This document shows positions 12,291 to 24,955 of a stretch of 63,484 nucleotides of DNA, in pieces. Made by a program: the position numbers and the translations under genes. Within the stretch, counting starts at the first letter, position 1; each line of letters begins with the position of its first letter. The stretch comes from Gracilinanus agilis. Taxonomy: Eukaryota. The stretch lies in assembly GCF_016433145.1 (NCBI RefSeq), contig NC_058132.1, positions 479,124,124-479,187,607 of the forward strand, read 5' to 3'. The notes beneath the pieces are model-generated. The model ran no database searches and was not told where the DNA came from. It saw nothing but the letters and a program-made list of their open reading frames with translations.

Positions 12291-15200
12291 AGGCCATTAT
12301 AGCAGTACAAAGTTATTACAAAATTAATTTCTTTTAAGTATCTGTAGACACAAGAGATGTATCACCTCCTATAATTCTCTCATTTTCCTTTGCCCACTTC
12401 TGGCTAGACACCATCTTGTGTCATCCTTCCAAGAATTCCTTCTTCTTTCTTTTGAAAGCTGATGAGGAAAATAGAGGGAGAGAAGACAAGTGTATTCATT
12501 TTACAAAATAGGAAACAAAGAAACTCAATATAAGACAGTAATGTCAAAGCTAGAAGAAGTAGCCTTCTAGAAGAAGTAGCCTCAAAGCTTTTCATCTCCA
12601 TTCTAATTCTGAATAATTATCATTTAAACTATTTATTTAAAGTCTAACTGTACATCGATATGTACATTTTCCATTTTTTATTATAAAAAGCACCTTTATG
12701 CTATTGCCTACATTTCCAGATAGGTTGCTTTCTACATATATAGTCTGGCCTCACCCTAATGTGGAAGAAAAAATTTGGAATTAAAAGAAACTGTCAAGAT
12801 ACTTCTAAAAAGGTGCTAATGGTAATATAAATTCCACCTTAACTCTTACTTGAGATAAAGCCAATAAAACAATAAACCCATAAGGAGCCATTAATGCATC
12901 TGAAGAAGTTATTAGTCAACAGTATTATTTATTGTTTCCCTTACTAAAACCTGTTAAACCTAATGGTTTTAAATAACCTTTAATTTTTTTTCTGATCTGC
13001 TAACTATTCTACCATGATTCTAGAGGACTGATAAAGAAGAATATCTATTTTTTGATAGAAATGATGGAGATGAGGAAAAGATACATTCTTGGTAACCAAA
13101 AAAATAAAAGGTTATTTTTTTTAAATCCAGTCAAGACCCTCCTGGTCCATGGAAGATCTGCATGCCTAGCTATAAATCAGTAAGCTAGAACACTAAGTTC
13201 TCTTGTATAGCTAAGTTTATAGAATGGAATTGGCCGTGACTCAAAGTTTCACTTGTTCCAATTCCCTGTGACACATTTAAGATGGCCCTGAGAGCAGCAG
13301 GGTCATTATTTCCAAGTACTGATATGATGCTCATATGCCAAATAAAAGCATTAGAATATGTGAATTGTTTTGACTCCAGTAATGTCCATTTACAACTGGT
13401 TTTTGTGTAAGAGAGGGGAAAACCAGCCCAAGGGGGCAGGAAATCTTAAACCTTTTACCCATCCATAAAGCATTTTGGGCTAAGTTTTAAAGATAAGGCA
13501 TTAAAAAAAACTCAACCTCATGTATTTACCTATGCCTGACTTGCTGAACATTTCAAAACACTTACCTTTATTTTTTTAGGACTTTGCAATGTGTTTCAAA
13601 TGATAAGGACAAATTTGGTTTGGTTTGGCTTTTAATAATTAGATCAGGGACCACCAATTAGGTATCTCATTTGTGAATTTTAACTTTTCTTCAGAAACAC
13701 ACCTATACAAAGCTATACTGTTTGGACTCTCATGATGAAAATCATCAGCTGGACTCTCCCAGCCCTTTATAGATTTTCCATAAACATGGTTCCTTTTGAA
13801 CTCTGAAGGGTTTTACACATGGGCAACACATGCAGAAGGAAGAAAGGGAGCAAAAAATCAGTCCCATGCTTGGTGGGAGTGGCTTTTACCTTTTAGAATA
13901 AAAGCATGTTAGGTGGCCAAAGCAAGTTTTAAAAACAATCAAATTCACTTGTTGCCATCTGAGCTGTTTCTTTCCTTGTGTTTCCCTGATACACCACCCT
14001 GAAGTGAGTTCATTTCTGTTTCTATTTAGAATTGATGTTTTTTTTTTGAAGTTTTGCATCCTGAAACAAAGCTGCTGCATTTGTTTCTAGAGAGTGATAA
14101 GAAAATGTTTTAATTCTCCACCAAAGACAAATAAGCAAAAACATCGAATTAGTGACAATATTCTTGGTTTGGGTTACGGTTCTGTTTTTTACAAAGAGTT
14201 GTCCGTATGAATCCAGGGAAAGGTATTATTAATACACCTACATTTGGGCTGTATATTAAGCTGGGAATGTCTCTTTAAGAATCATGATAAATTCAACCCA
14301 GCAGGATGAATTCCTCAAAAATGAAATTGGGTACTCAGCTGTTTTTCATTATGAGATTTAAAAAAAAAATAAATGGTGTTTCCATTTGTTATTTATGTAC
14401 TTGCAGAATGTAATAGTTGTAATGATTAATACTGAATTTCTAAATTTATTCTAAAAAGGCACTTCATAAATATTGAGCAGTGCTATTATCTGCAGGTATG
14501 TCAATTTATTTTATTAAAATGGAAATTCAGTAATCATCAATAAAATGATCTTGTGTGTTTCAAAAAACCACAAGCATAATGAACAGGACCATTTGGGCTT
14601 TTTTCCCCCCTAAAGGCACTCCCTACTCCACTCCCTATACTATCCCAAATAAACAAACAAACAAACAAACAGAAATAGTGATCCCTCTGAATTTGACTTA
14701 ATCCCATAAAATCTCCAGGATACACAGAATTCCCTTTCCGTTTCAGTGCAGTGGCTCAGGGAGGGATTTGAATCAATGTGGGAAAATGAATGGTGATGCT
14801 GAGGATCATAGGATCTTGTAGTCACTTTGAATTCTTGCCTATGAAAAAAGGCTCCTTCTAGCTCTCAAAACTTGAGCTGCTTGGCAGAAGTTGTGAATCA
14901 TGCTCACTCCTTATATATCTTATACAGAAAATATTACCCCCAAATGCCTCAGAGTCCTTTACAAGCTCTGTCTTGTTAAATCCTCTCAGCAGTTCAGTGA
15001 GACAGGTCAGAATTAGGGTTCTTTTTTTTTTCCTTAATAAACAAAGAAGGAAATATAAGCCTTAGGAAGGTAAGTGACTGCTAGAGGACATATAAGAAAT
15101 CAGACATAGATAGCACCAGTCAGAAACACCACTTCTCCCAACTTCCTTCCTTCCCAAGACCTCAACAGAGCCCTCTCTAGGGATGGCCAAAAAAAATACA

Positions 15201-16429
15201 GAGCCAAACCAAAGTCTGTGACTTTTAAATGCAGAAAAAGTTAAAAAAAAACCAACACTTTTTTTCTTGATGTTTTTACCCCAGCCAGTATTCAAAAACC
15301 TCTGCAATTGGACCTCAATATACATTATTAGCCCTTACTCCTTTGTGCAAGCCTTCTGTTGTAGTCTCCAAAATCTACTCATTATTACTAGAATGTTCCT
15401 TGAAAATTGTCTACCTCAATAACTTTAGTTTTGATGCTCACCCTATATAGAATGTCTTCTTCCCCTCTAACTCCTACCCATCTTCAAGGTCCTATATGTA
15501 ACCATCAGGAAAATGGAAAAAAACATAAAATATACTTTTTATTGTCTATGGACATTAAGCAGTTAGTTTTTGTAGATGTCCCTCTAAATTTGTGGATATT
15601 AAAATATCCATTTCCTTAAGATGCAGATAAAATAGTTTTCAAAAATAAAATATTTGTGATGTGATTTATCATTTCTTTGCATGAATGCAATGCTACAATA
15701 CAAGGTTTTATGCCACATCTTTTTAGCATTAATTCATATTACTCTGAGATCAAAGGTTTCCTACCTACCCCATCACACTTAGGAAAGTTTCCTTTTAATA
15801 AGTTTTTATTTTGTCAGGGGTGATGCATATTGAAAAATAAACACCAAATAAATATGTCTAGAATGTAGACTGTTGTCTGGGATAGAAGGAAAAGAGCAGA
15901 TGTTAGCCTGGTTTTGTTTCATAATCCCCTTGATGACATGATTCGTGAGCTCACAGAATGACTGCTAGAGGTCCCTCAAAGTCACATATTCATGGCTTTT
16001 AATTTTGCAGAATGTTTGTCACAAGTGCAAAAATACACTTCCCCAGTGTTTCTCTGTTCTTTATCCAATCGGTTGTGAATACCTGTTGAGCATTGGACAC
16101 ATAGTTTCTGCACCTTAAGAAATAAAATCGTCCATTGAGCTAGAGATAGGCTATGCCCACAGATGGCCTGTCACTGGAACTTTGCCATAACCCCAGTCCT
16201 AAACTTCAGGTTGATTTCTAAAAGTTCAAAGTCCCATTCTGCTGGAAAAGCTAAACACATCTCCCAAATGCAAGCTCAGAATGGCTATTGTGTCCTCACT
16301 TTAGAGTGAGAGCTTGCCTACAAGAATGGATTTGAATTCTGAGTTAAGTGACTGATTTATAGTATGTGAATGTCTCCTGTTCTTTCCCTTCATCTAGAAA
16401 CTTTCCTGGTAGACTATCTTCATTTAAAG

Positions 16430-17100
16430 TTGGCAAAGAGTAGTAGTATATGGTACAATGGAAAACAACAATGGACTTGGGAACTAGAAGACCTGGTGTC
16501 TAGTGATTACTCTGTCATTTCCCTACAACCTTAAACAACTCAACTTAATGTTTTGGTCTCAGTTTCCCTATCTATGAAATAAACAGGTCATCTATAGGGC
16601 CCCTGCCCAACTCCAAATCAATGAACTGATTTTAGTTTTAATGCTACCTTTTCCTTGAAACTTCTAAGACCCAATCAGTGGTAGTGATACCATCTTCAAC
16701 AACTTCTACAAGACATATAGTCATTTGGCAATTAACAATTGTGCTTCTAAAGTTCTTCTGAATGACAAATACATCTTTCAAGTTTTTGATCTTCCTTTCT
16801 CCTTTTCCATTGTTTTGTTCTTAATTAAGAGATTACTAAAAATATTTCTTGTTTAACTGACAACTCAAAATCTGAAGGTTGGATTTCTGTTTTGGGGTTA
16901 GAGGGAGTGGTAAGCAACAATATTGCATCTATGACAAACTAGTTTTGTGTATAAAAGTGCCCACATTTGCACATAGCTTGTTATCACCTGGGTGGCCTTA
17001 GACAAGCTTCTTCACCTTTAGGACTTTCACTTTTTCTCATGTATAAAATAATAGGTTTAAATAAGGTGGCCTCAAACTTCACTTCCAGCTCTGACTTATG
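16430..17100 (+). mobile_element. Two MIR relics (about 16430-16625 and 16980-17100)
   Basis: CORE motifs TCTCAGTTTCCCTATCTATGAAAT and TTTTCTCATGTATAAAAT. Confidence 0.6.
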
Positions 17101-17338
17101 ACCTTTTCAAATTTGAAAGAGAATATAATGAAATGAAATGAACAAAAAGATTTTTTTCAAAAGAAAAAGCTGGGTCCTAACATCTTCTGTTCCATTAGTA
17201 ATGTTGTATAATATTAAAATTGCCCAGAATTCACTGCTTAAAATAAATTGAACACATAAAGCTTCACTAAAATATAGATTCTAATCATCATGGTACTTCC
17301 TAACATTAATAATATTTTATAAAATGCTTAGTCTAAAT

Positions 17339-17541
17339 CAGTGATGGGCAAATTTTTTAAAGAGGCGGCCAAAGGAAAGGAAATGGCCATCGGTCAGTCT
17401 GTTTTTAAGACAACTCTTTCAAAGTTTCATTGTATTGATTAATACTCATTGTTTTTGTCAGATTAGGAATAATGTGCGGGGCCAGATAGAACATTTCAGG
17501 GGGCCACATCTGACTGGTGGGCCCTAGTTTGCCCATCACTA
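17339..17541. mobile_element. Non-autonomous hAT (Charlie-like) MITE, 203 bp
   Basis: TIRs CAGTGATGGGCAAA / TTTGCCCATCACT(A); perfect 8-bp TSD GTCTAAAT at 17331-17338 and 17542-17549; inverted copy at 47499-47702. Confidence 0.9.
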
Positions 17542-17559
17542 GTCTAAATTATCTTATTT

Positions 17560-19190
17560 CATAAAGTAGACTATTTTAGCTCCATTTTACAAGTGAGGAA
17601 ACTGAGGCTTCTCATAGTCACACAGCTAATCAGTGACAGAGAAAAGACTTTTGACAATTTTAGTATTATCTCAGTCAATCAATAAGCATTAATTGCCTAC
17701 TATATGTCAGGCTCTATGCTAAGTGCTGAACATGCAAAAACTGGCAAAAGGCAATCCCTTCTTTCAAGAAGCTCACAGTCTAAATGAGGCAACATGAAAA
17801 CATTTTTGGATAAATTATATATAATATACATACATGTGGTATACATAAACATATATTAACATATATATACATACATCTCTGATAAATTGGAGAGTGATAA
17901 CAAAGAGAGTAAAAAGGATCTTAATAGCTACAAGAATTGGATTCAAATGCTCATGCAAAAGACTTCAGAAACCACCTCACCCAGCCTTCTAATTTCACAA
18001 TAATAAAAATGAAGTCTATGGAGACTAAAAGACTTGCTCAAGATTATTCAGGAATATTTTTATGAACATCTTTAGATACCTGGCTTACACAAACTTCTTT
18101 GGAGTCTTTATAGTGGAAGAAATTTATGTGGCTTAGCAGATCATTTGAAGCAGTAAATCAATCAACCAAATTATCAACAGGAATTGTTAAGCCTTTGCTA
18201 TGTGCCAAGCATTGTGCTAGAGAGGGAGGAAAGGAAGCTGGAAAAAATCACATGAGAGGAATTCCATCAATGTCCTAATTCCCTAGAGACTCAGCCAAAG
18301 GTGTCTCACAATTTTCCTTATTCTTCATTTTGTCTCCTCTTTCCCTTACTCAATGTTATGCTTATGCCTCTGAACATTTCAAAGAATCTACATGGGTTGC
18401 TGTTGTTGTTGTTGTTGTTTTGTTTTGTTTTACTTTTCAAAATGGGGATTTTGAAGTTTTGAAGCTTGGAGCAAATTATACATGAAATTAGGTCCTATCA
18501 AATTGGAAAAGGCTTTGATTCTAGATATTAGTGATAGGCAGTACATTATCTGAGGATGAGCCTAATTTTGGAGCAGCATTTTACCAGAAGTTTGTATGTC
18601 ACATGATGATACACACACCAGGATATTTTATTCATGAAATCAATAGAAATGCAAAACAACCTTCAATCTGCTGTTACACAATGCCCTGTCATGGTCAAGG
18701 CAAAGAGACAGAGTTCTAAGAACCATTCAGTATCAGCCAATCAACCAACCAATCAATGAACAAGGATTTATTCAGCATCTACTACATACCCATCATTTAA
18801 CTGGGCAGTAGAAATATATTTTTTTAAAAAGGCCAAAATAGTTCTTGCCCTTATAAAGTAGATTCTAATGGGACAGGAACAGAAAAAGAACAGCATTAAA
18901 TGAATAATTGCACACAAGATATAAAGAATAGTTAAAATGTAACCTTAGCAAGAAAGCCTCTAGGGATTGTAGGGAACTAGAAATGCTTTCTTCTGATGAT
19001 GGCATTTGAGCTGAATTTTGAAGAAGTCAGGAATTTCAAAAATGGTGATAAAGTAAAAGCATTGTAGGTTTGGTGGAGAAGCCAGTGTAAAGGAATGAAG
19101 ATGGGATGTGTAGTGAACTGTTAAAGGAACAGCAAGTGCAACAGAACAAATGCACAGTAGAGTTTGTTGAGGAGATAAAATGTAAGAATT
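17560..19190 (-). mobile_element. MIR plus several antisense L2 3' fragments (about 17670-17940, 18170-18260, 18730-19190)
   Basis: Repeated CAATCAA..AAGCATT..TTGCCTACTATATGTCAGGC.CT.TGCTAAGTGCTG L2-tail motifs. Confidence 0.65.
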
Positions 19191-19279
19191 CCATTCCTAG
19201 ACCATCAACACCTCAATTTAACAGTTAGTGCTCAATAGGTGGTCTTCATCCAATAACCCACAGCCAATGAGTTGACATA

Positions 19280-19500
19280 TTACTAAAGGTACTGAATACT
19301 GGAAAGCACTGCTGAAACTCTAAAGATATTAAAAGATCAAGAGCAAAGCTTTAAGCTCAATGGGTATTGAATGTCCATGGAAGATTTATGAGGTGATGCA
19401 AATAAGAACTGTAATGGATAAAAGCCTGTAGAGGGTCTATAATCTCTATCAATGTAAGAAAGCACCACACCTATAGAAACCTGGGCACACCGAAGTAGCA
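19280..19500 (+). mobile_element. RTE LINE 3' end
   Basis: ...GGAAGATTTATGAGG...AAGCACCACACCTATAG...CACCGAAGTA resembles marsupial RTE 3' terminus; related in reverse to about 4860-4960. Confidence 0.55.
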
Positions 19501-21349
19501 GATGAAAGACATTCATTAATAAACATTCAAGAGACTCAAGTCAGTTTTACATTATTATTGGAATAGTGAAATAAGACAAAGTTGTATTCAACATTATTTT
19601 CTATGAATGTAATTGAGTCTAAAATCAATAAAACAACATGGATAAAACCTACTTTTCAAGTGATAAGTATCAGGGAGGGCAATGAAGATAGGGTTTTAAC
19701 CTTTGTGTTCCAGTCAAGACCAAATTCCAGGAGATATAAATTAGCCCAGGATAAGAACCAATTCAATTGTCCCAAGAGGGACTGAAATCAGTTCTGAACC
19801 TCTTAGTAGGCTGGAACAACTGGTTAAGAGTAGGCCTGCCAAAAAATAAAAAATAAAAAGAAGAATGGGCCTGCCACGGGAATGTAAAAACAGATGCTTG
19901 GTTCTAGAATCATTGATTTAGAGCTTAAAAGAACTTTAGAGATGATCTAATCCAACTACCTCATTTTATACTTGAGTAAACTGAGGCTCAGGGAGATGGT
20001 CTTTCCTAAGGTCAAACCACTCGTGTCAGAACCATGATTCAGTCTGTGAAGATTATGTCTGCCTCCAAATTCAGCATCTTTTCTCAAAGACCAATTAAAA
20101 ATTTGAACCAGGTCCTAAAATCATTCCTTCCTCTCCAATGTCCTCTTTCAGGACTGATCTGAGGTCAATCTATACCCTCCTAAAGATTTGGCAAGAACAA
20201 GACCTATCTCTGCAATAGAGTCATGAGATAAACATCACAGTAATTACATTGGACTGCTTAGTCATCAGAAAACTTTCCCAGGGAATAAATAAAAATGAAC
20301 TGAGATCGTGTCCTGTTAGGTATTGGAATACCAAGACAAAACAAAACAAAAATCCCAAACCAAACACTTTCTTGGTACTAAACAAGGATATAGTTTATTT
20401 TTAAATTCCATTAGTAACTTCCTTATCATGTTTCTCAGTGTGCTAAAGCAGTTGGTTCTGGTAATATAACCCATAAGGCATCCTGATGTGATAGGAAAGT
20501 TGTTAACATGATCCAAATTCTTTTAGTATTATTGTATTAGTGACTTCCCTGTCATGTTAGCACCCCTTTTGTATCATATTAGCAAAGGCAGCCCCCGTAA
20601 ATGCAATAAGAGACTTGACTATGCAATATGTACATTGCTAATAAGATTTCTCAAATTATATTACTAGCTCTCAGAACAGGTTTTCTGGTGATAAAATAAA
20701 TAAATACCAGGGTGCCATGCCTGCCAGTGTGGAATCACATTCAATACTTTATCACCATCACTGTTGCAGCCCAGGGTGCTAGCCAGATCTTGACACTCAC
20801 TGGGACAGTGCTGAGACACACACGATGAGAAATGACATGAGTGGCAGCCACCACAGCGGCAGAGGCAATCACCTGGCTGAGCGAGAATAAACAAGTGCAT
20901 CTTTTAACTGCTGAGAATTTGCCAATTGCAAAGAAATTTTCAGATTAACCTTGGAATCTCTATCAAGGGTATGGTCATCTTTAGCTAGGAAAGCCCACTC
21001 ATGCCGACTTCTGTTTAATTGGAGGTTGACTACCAAGATTTTAATAAATAGACCAAAGTGTCTGAAGAATATGTATATAAGTAAATGTTGCTCTTCACGG
21101 TAATCACAGTGGTAGGCTACACACTTGTTTCCCCTCTACCAATATTGTCCATACCATTTTTGGAGCTCCATTCATCCAAAAAGAGTGGCTTCTGCTTCAC
21201 TGAGAAGAGAAATTCTCCTTTCTTGGATTATTATTGTCACTGACCAAATCAGTGACAATCTGATGAGTCCAAGCTGTTATCATGTTTTTTTATTTTTTGA
21301 AGTAAAATTCTTCATTCTCAATGCAGATGTGTCTCCCATGCTTTCTGAT

Positions 21350-22040
21350 CATCTGTGGAGTAGTGGAAAGGGCATTGGAAATGGAGTCAGAAGACCAAGA
21401 TTTTAATCTTTAAGCTTGGTTCTGCTTCTTGTTAGCTGTATGACTTTGGGAAAGTCTAGTAGCCTATTTGGGATTCAGTTTTTCATTTGCAAAATGAGTG
21501 AGTTGGATCAGATGTTCTTTAATCATTCTTGAGCCACTCTGTCATCTATACAGTGTGCTTCAAGATTTCTATAGGAGAATCTTGATGATCCGAGAAACAA
21601 TGTTAGGGCTGACTGTGAAGTAAACATATTCTTTTTGTGGTTCTTGGGTTGCCAGGGAGGCAAGGAGGAAAGGGAGCTCCGTATAATGAACTCCTTATTT
21701 TTTTTAAACCCTTACCTTCCATCTTGGATTCAATACTGTGTATTGGCTCCAAGGCAGAAGAGTGGTAAGGGCTAGGCAATGGGAGGTTAAGTGGCTTGCC
21801 CAGGGTCACAAAGCTAGGAAGTGTGTGAGGCCAGATTTGAACAGTGAACTCTTTATGAAAGAATTCTCTCTCCCACGGCTGATCATTACTTGCTTTGCAA
21901 ATTGTAAGCATAGAGCACTAGTCTTTCATTGACTTACCCAAGGTGACACATAGCTAGTATATGTCAGAGGTAGAAATTGAACTCGGGCTTTTCTGACTCT
22001 GAAATCTGATCTTTATCCAATACTCCATGTTGCCTCTCAG
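21350..22040. mobile_element. MIR (+, about 21350-21545), 5'-truncated SINE1_Mdo (-, 21697-21842), MIR (-, about 21930-22040)
   Basis: SINE tail TTTTTAAACCCTTACCTTCCATCTTGGATTCAATACTGTGTATTGG; flanking CORE motifs. Confidence 0.8.
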
Positions 22041-23019
22041 TTTCGAAAGAAATTGTACCTCTTCCAGTCTATTGTTAATCATAGTAATATGAATAACACT
22101 AAAGAACTGAAAATCTATGTCAACACTATTTAACATTGGAATTCATTTTTAAATAATTCAAAATTGTGTTGTGTTTTGGATTAATGTTTTTCAGAAGTTT
22201 GGATTTCTGAAGCATTTCCTAATTGTTATCCGTGGAGAAAGGAACATAGAATATTTCTTTTACGGATTTAAATGAGTGATATAACTGAAAATTCTTTCTA
22301 GGTGAGATGGTATTATTACAAAATTCTTTACAAGCAATCAAATGATTGGGAAAAATGGAGCCAGGAGTCTTGAAAACTCATGACTTAGGCCTGCATAGGA
22401 CTACCAAAGACCTCAAAGACCATGCTGTCCACTGGAGAAAATTGAAGCCTAGAGAAATCACATAACTCCATGGCCCAGATCACATGCCTAGTTGGTGGAA
22501 GGAGCCAGAATTAGAACCCTTTGCTCCCTATTACCTACTATACCACACCTCTTCCATTAATGAGACCAAGGACTAGCAGCATACTCTTTGACTCCTGATA
22601 AAGCAGAACTTGACCATAGTTTTAAAAAAATTAAAGGCAATATTCTTTAAGAAACCCCTTAAGGGCCCTTCAGTAAACTCAAACACCCCATTAAGAAAAT
22701 GAGATTGTGGAAACACACTAGATATTGAATGCAATGCTTTTCTGCCTATTTCTCTGAGCACAGGTGAAAAGATTCGTCCAGACAATTCCACCTCTGCCAG
22801 AGAAGCATTAAATGATGCAAATGCTGGAAAGCAGTCCCTCAAAAATGCATCACAATCTAGACCTAGAGATTTGATGATTGAAAAAAAAAAATCTCTCAGG
22901 CCACGGGGAAGATCCCAAATCTCTCTCCTACCACCCCACCCCCCAACACACACCTCTTTCCAGGTCAGAGGACTCTAGAATCTCTTTCTTTAGCCATTCC
23001 TCGGGGCTTCTGCATGTGC

Positions 23020-24439
23020 AGCAACTTCTCTATGCATGGTGGGTATAGTTAGTACTTTTATTTGCCGCCTAAGTAGCAAATTACCCTGTAAACAGCCCAC
23101 CAGAGCTGATCGGTAATTGAATTGTAACTGTTGACTTTAGACATTTGGTACATTTGCTGCAAGAAGTAAATTTTCAAAACTTCATCTTGAAGCAGTCAGA
23201 CAAAATGAAAGGTAATATTCTTTATCTGCCACAGATTGCTGCAGATGAACTGCTTTCATATGAGCTTAAATAAGATTTAGTGTATTCCATCCTTCAGCTG
23301 GCCACAATTGAGAGTGATCGTGATCAATACTGCCGGCCCTGCATGCAGCTCCTTGCATTGTGCATTACAATGGAGGAGCCACCGTATTCAAAATTTTCCT
23401 GTGTCAAATTAATTTCCATGTTATCCCCAAATTCAATTAGATGGGAACCCCGTGTAACTAAAAAAGTGTCCGACATCCCATGGTGACAAATTACGGTGCT
23501 TAGTGTGCATATCAAGGCGAAGTGTTGAGCCTTGCTAATCTTCTCACTAATTCTCAATTACCGTAAAATGAAGCCATAAATCACACAGACAGGGGATCGA
23601 TGGAAATGTTGTTTTCAGGGTGATTGGCAGCCTCCCCAAAGGTTTTCTGTAAGTTGGTTTAAGGTTACCGTTCTCCAAGGGGGGAGGGGGAGGGATGAAA
23701 GGTGGGGTGTTTGGGGGGGGGGGTTTGAGCCTTGCTCAATCTCTATGATATAGGCCCACAGGCCTTTGGGGGATAGTGTGGAGGGACAGCACCAATTTCA
23801 GCCCATCAGACATCCAATTTTTCTCCTTTTCATACCTGCTGTAGTAAATGAGAAACAAATTAAATTTCACTCCACTATCTCCACAGAAACCATTTAAATT
23901 TTTCATGGAAACTAAATTGTCCCCAGACAAATAGCCCCCTGATTCTATGAAAATATACTGCAGCGCTGGGGACAGAAATAAATTTGTGTCACTCTGGATA
24001 TGCCATTCTCTGTAATGTCATTCACCGCCGACCAATAAATGAGGCCCTCCCGGAACACAATGGCAGAGCCCCGTGCTCTGGCGCATTTGCATTGTTCACC
24101 CACTCCAGAGCGGTCTAATATTCTCCCTGTTATTAATTTGCAGCCTGGGTTTTACATTCATGAGGCCAAGATTGAAATGTAAATGAGGCACAAAATAAGT
24201 AGTCAGCAGTAGCCCTGGCCGAGCAGCCCGTGTCATAGTCTCATGGACTTACATGAAAAGAGTTATCACTCAGAGAGATTAGCAGCTCAGAACATCAATC
24301 ACAGCTGCAAGGAAACAATGAATAAAATCGCCCCGACATGAAGAAGGAAATTACAAGAGCTCTAAAGTGGAAAGGGAATATGTAATGGTGCTACCTGTTG
24401 TCAGAGTGCTAAAGGTGGCAGTAATAAAAGGAGCCAGAT

Positions 24440-24440
<1 letters not shown>
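23020..24440. promoter_or_regulatory. Candidate conserved non-coding element / developmental enhancer cluster
   Basis: About 1.4 kb without recognisable repeats; about 20 CpGs in 23281-24360 versus about 2 per kb at 3-8 kb (counted by eye); many TAAT/ATTA homeodomain cores; no coherent ORF. Conservation itself is not visible here. Confidence 0.5.
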
Positions 24441-24442
<2 letters not shown>

Positions 24443-24513
<71 letters not shown>

Positions 24514-24955
24514 TTCTCGTTCTTCACTGCTTCTCTCCCTCTCCCTCTATTTCTCTTTCTTCTCTCTCCTCTCTCCCTCTATTTCTCTTTCCCTCTGTTT
24601 CTCTCTCCCTCTATTTATTTCTCTCTTCTCCTTCTCTATTTCTTGCTCTTCTTTCTCTCCCTCTATTTCTCTCTATCCTCCTCTCCCTCTATTTCTATCT
24701 TTCCCTCTATTTCTCTCTCCCTCTATTTCTTCTCACCCTCTTCCTCTATTTCTCTCCCTTTTCTCCCTCTCCCTCTATTTCTCTCACTCTTCCTCTCCCT
24801 CTCTCTATTTCTCTCTCCCCCCAATTTTTCTCTCCTCTCTCTCCTTCTTTCTATCTCTCCCTCTCTCTTTTCTCTCTCTTCTTCTTTTGTTCTCCCTCTC
24901 CTTCTCCCCTCCAATCCTTCTCCATTTTTCTCTTTCCTCTCCTCTCTTCCCTTTT
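24443..24955. repeat. Perfect (CT)n of about 33 units (24443-24509) followed by about 450 bp of degenerate C/T-rich repeat
   Basis: Direct reading; recurring CTCTATTTCTCT unit; accounts for ORFs 24367..24981 and 24723..24914. Confidence 0.97.

Noticed and set aside
14463-14477. 15-mer CTTCATAAATATTGA repeated near 58630
   Set aside because: A few exact 15-mers are expected by chance in 63 kb of AT-rich DNA; flanks do not align.
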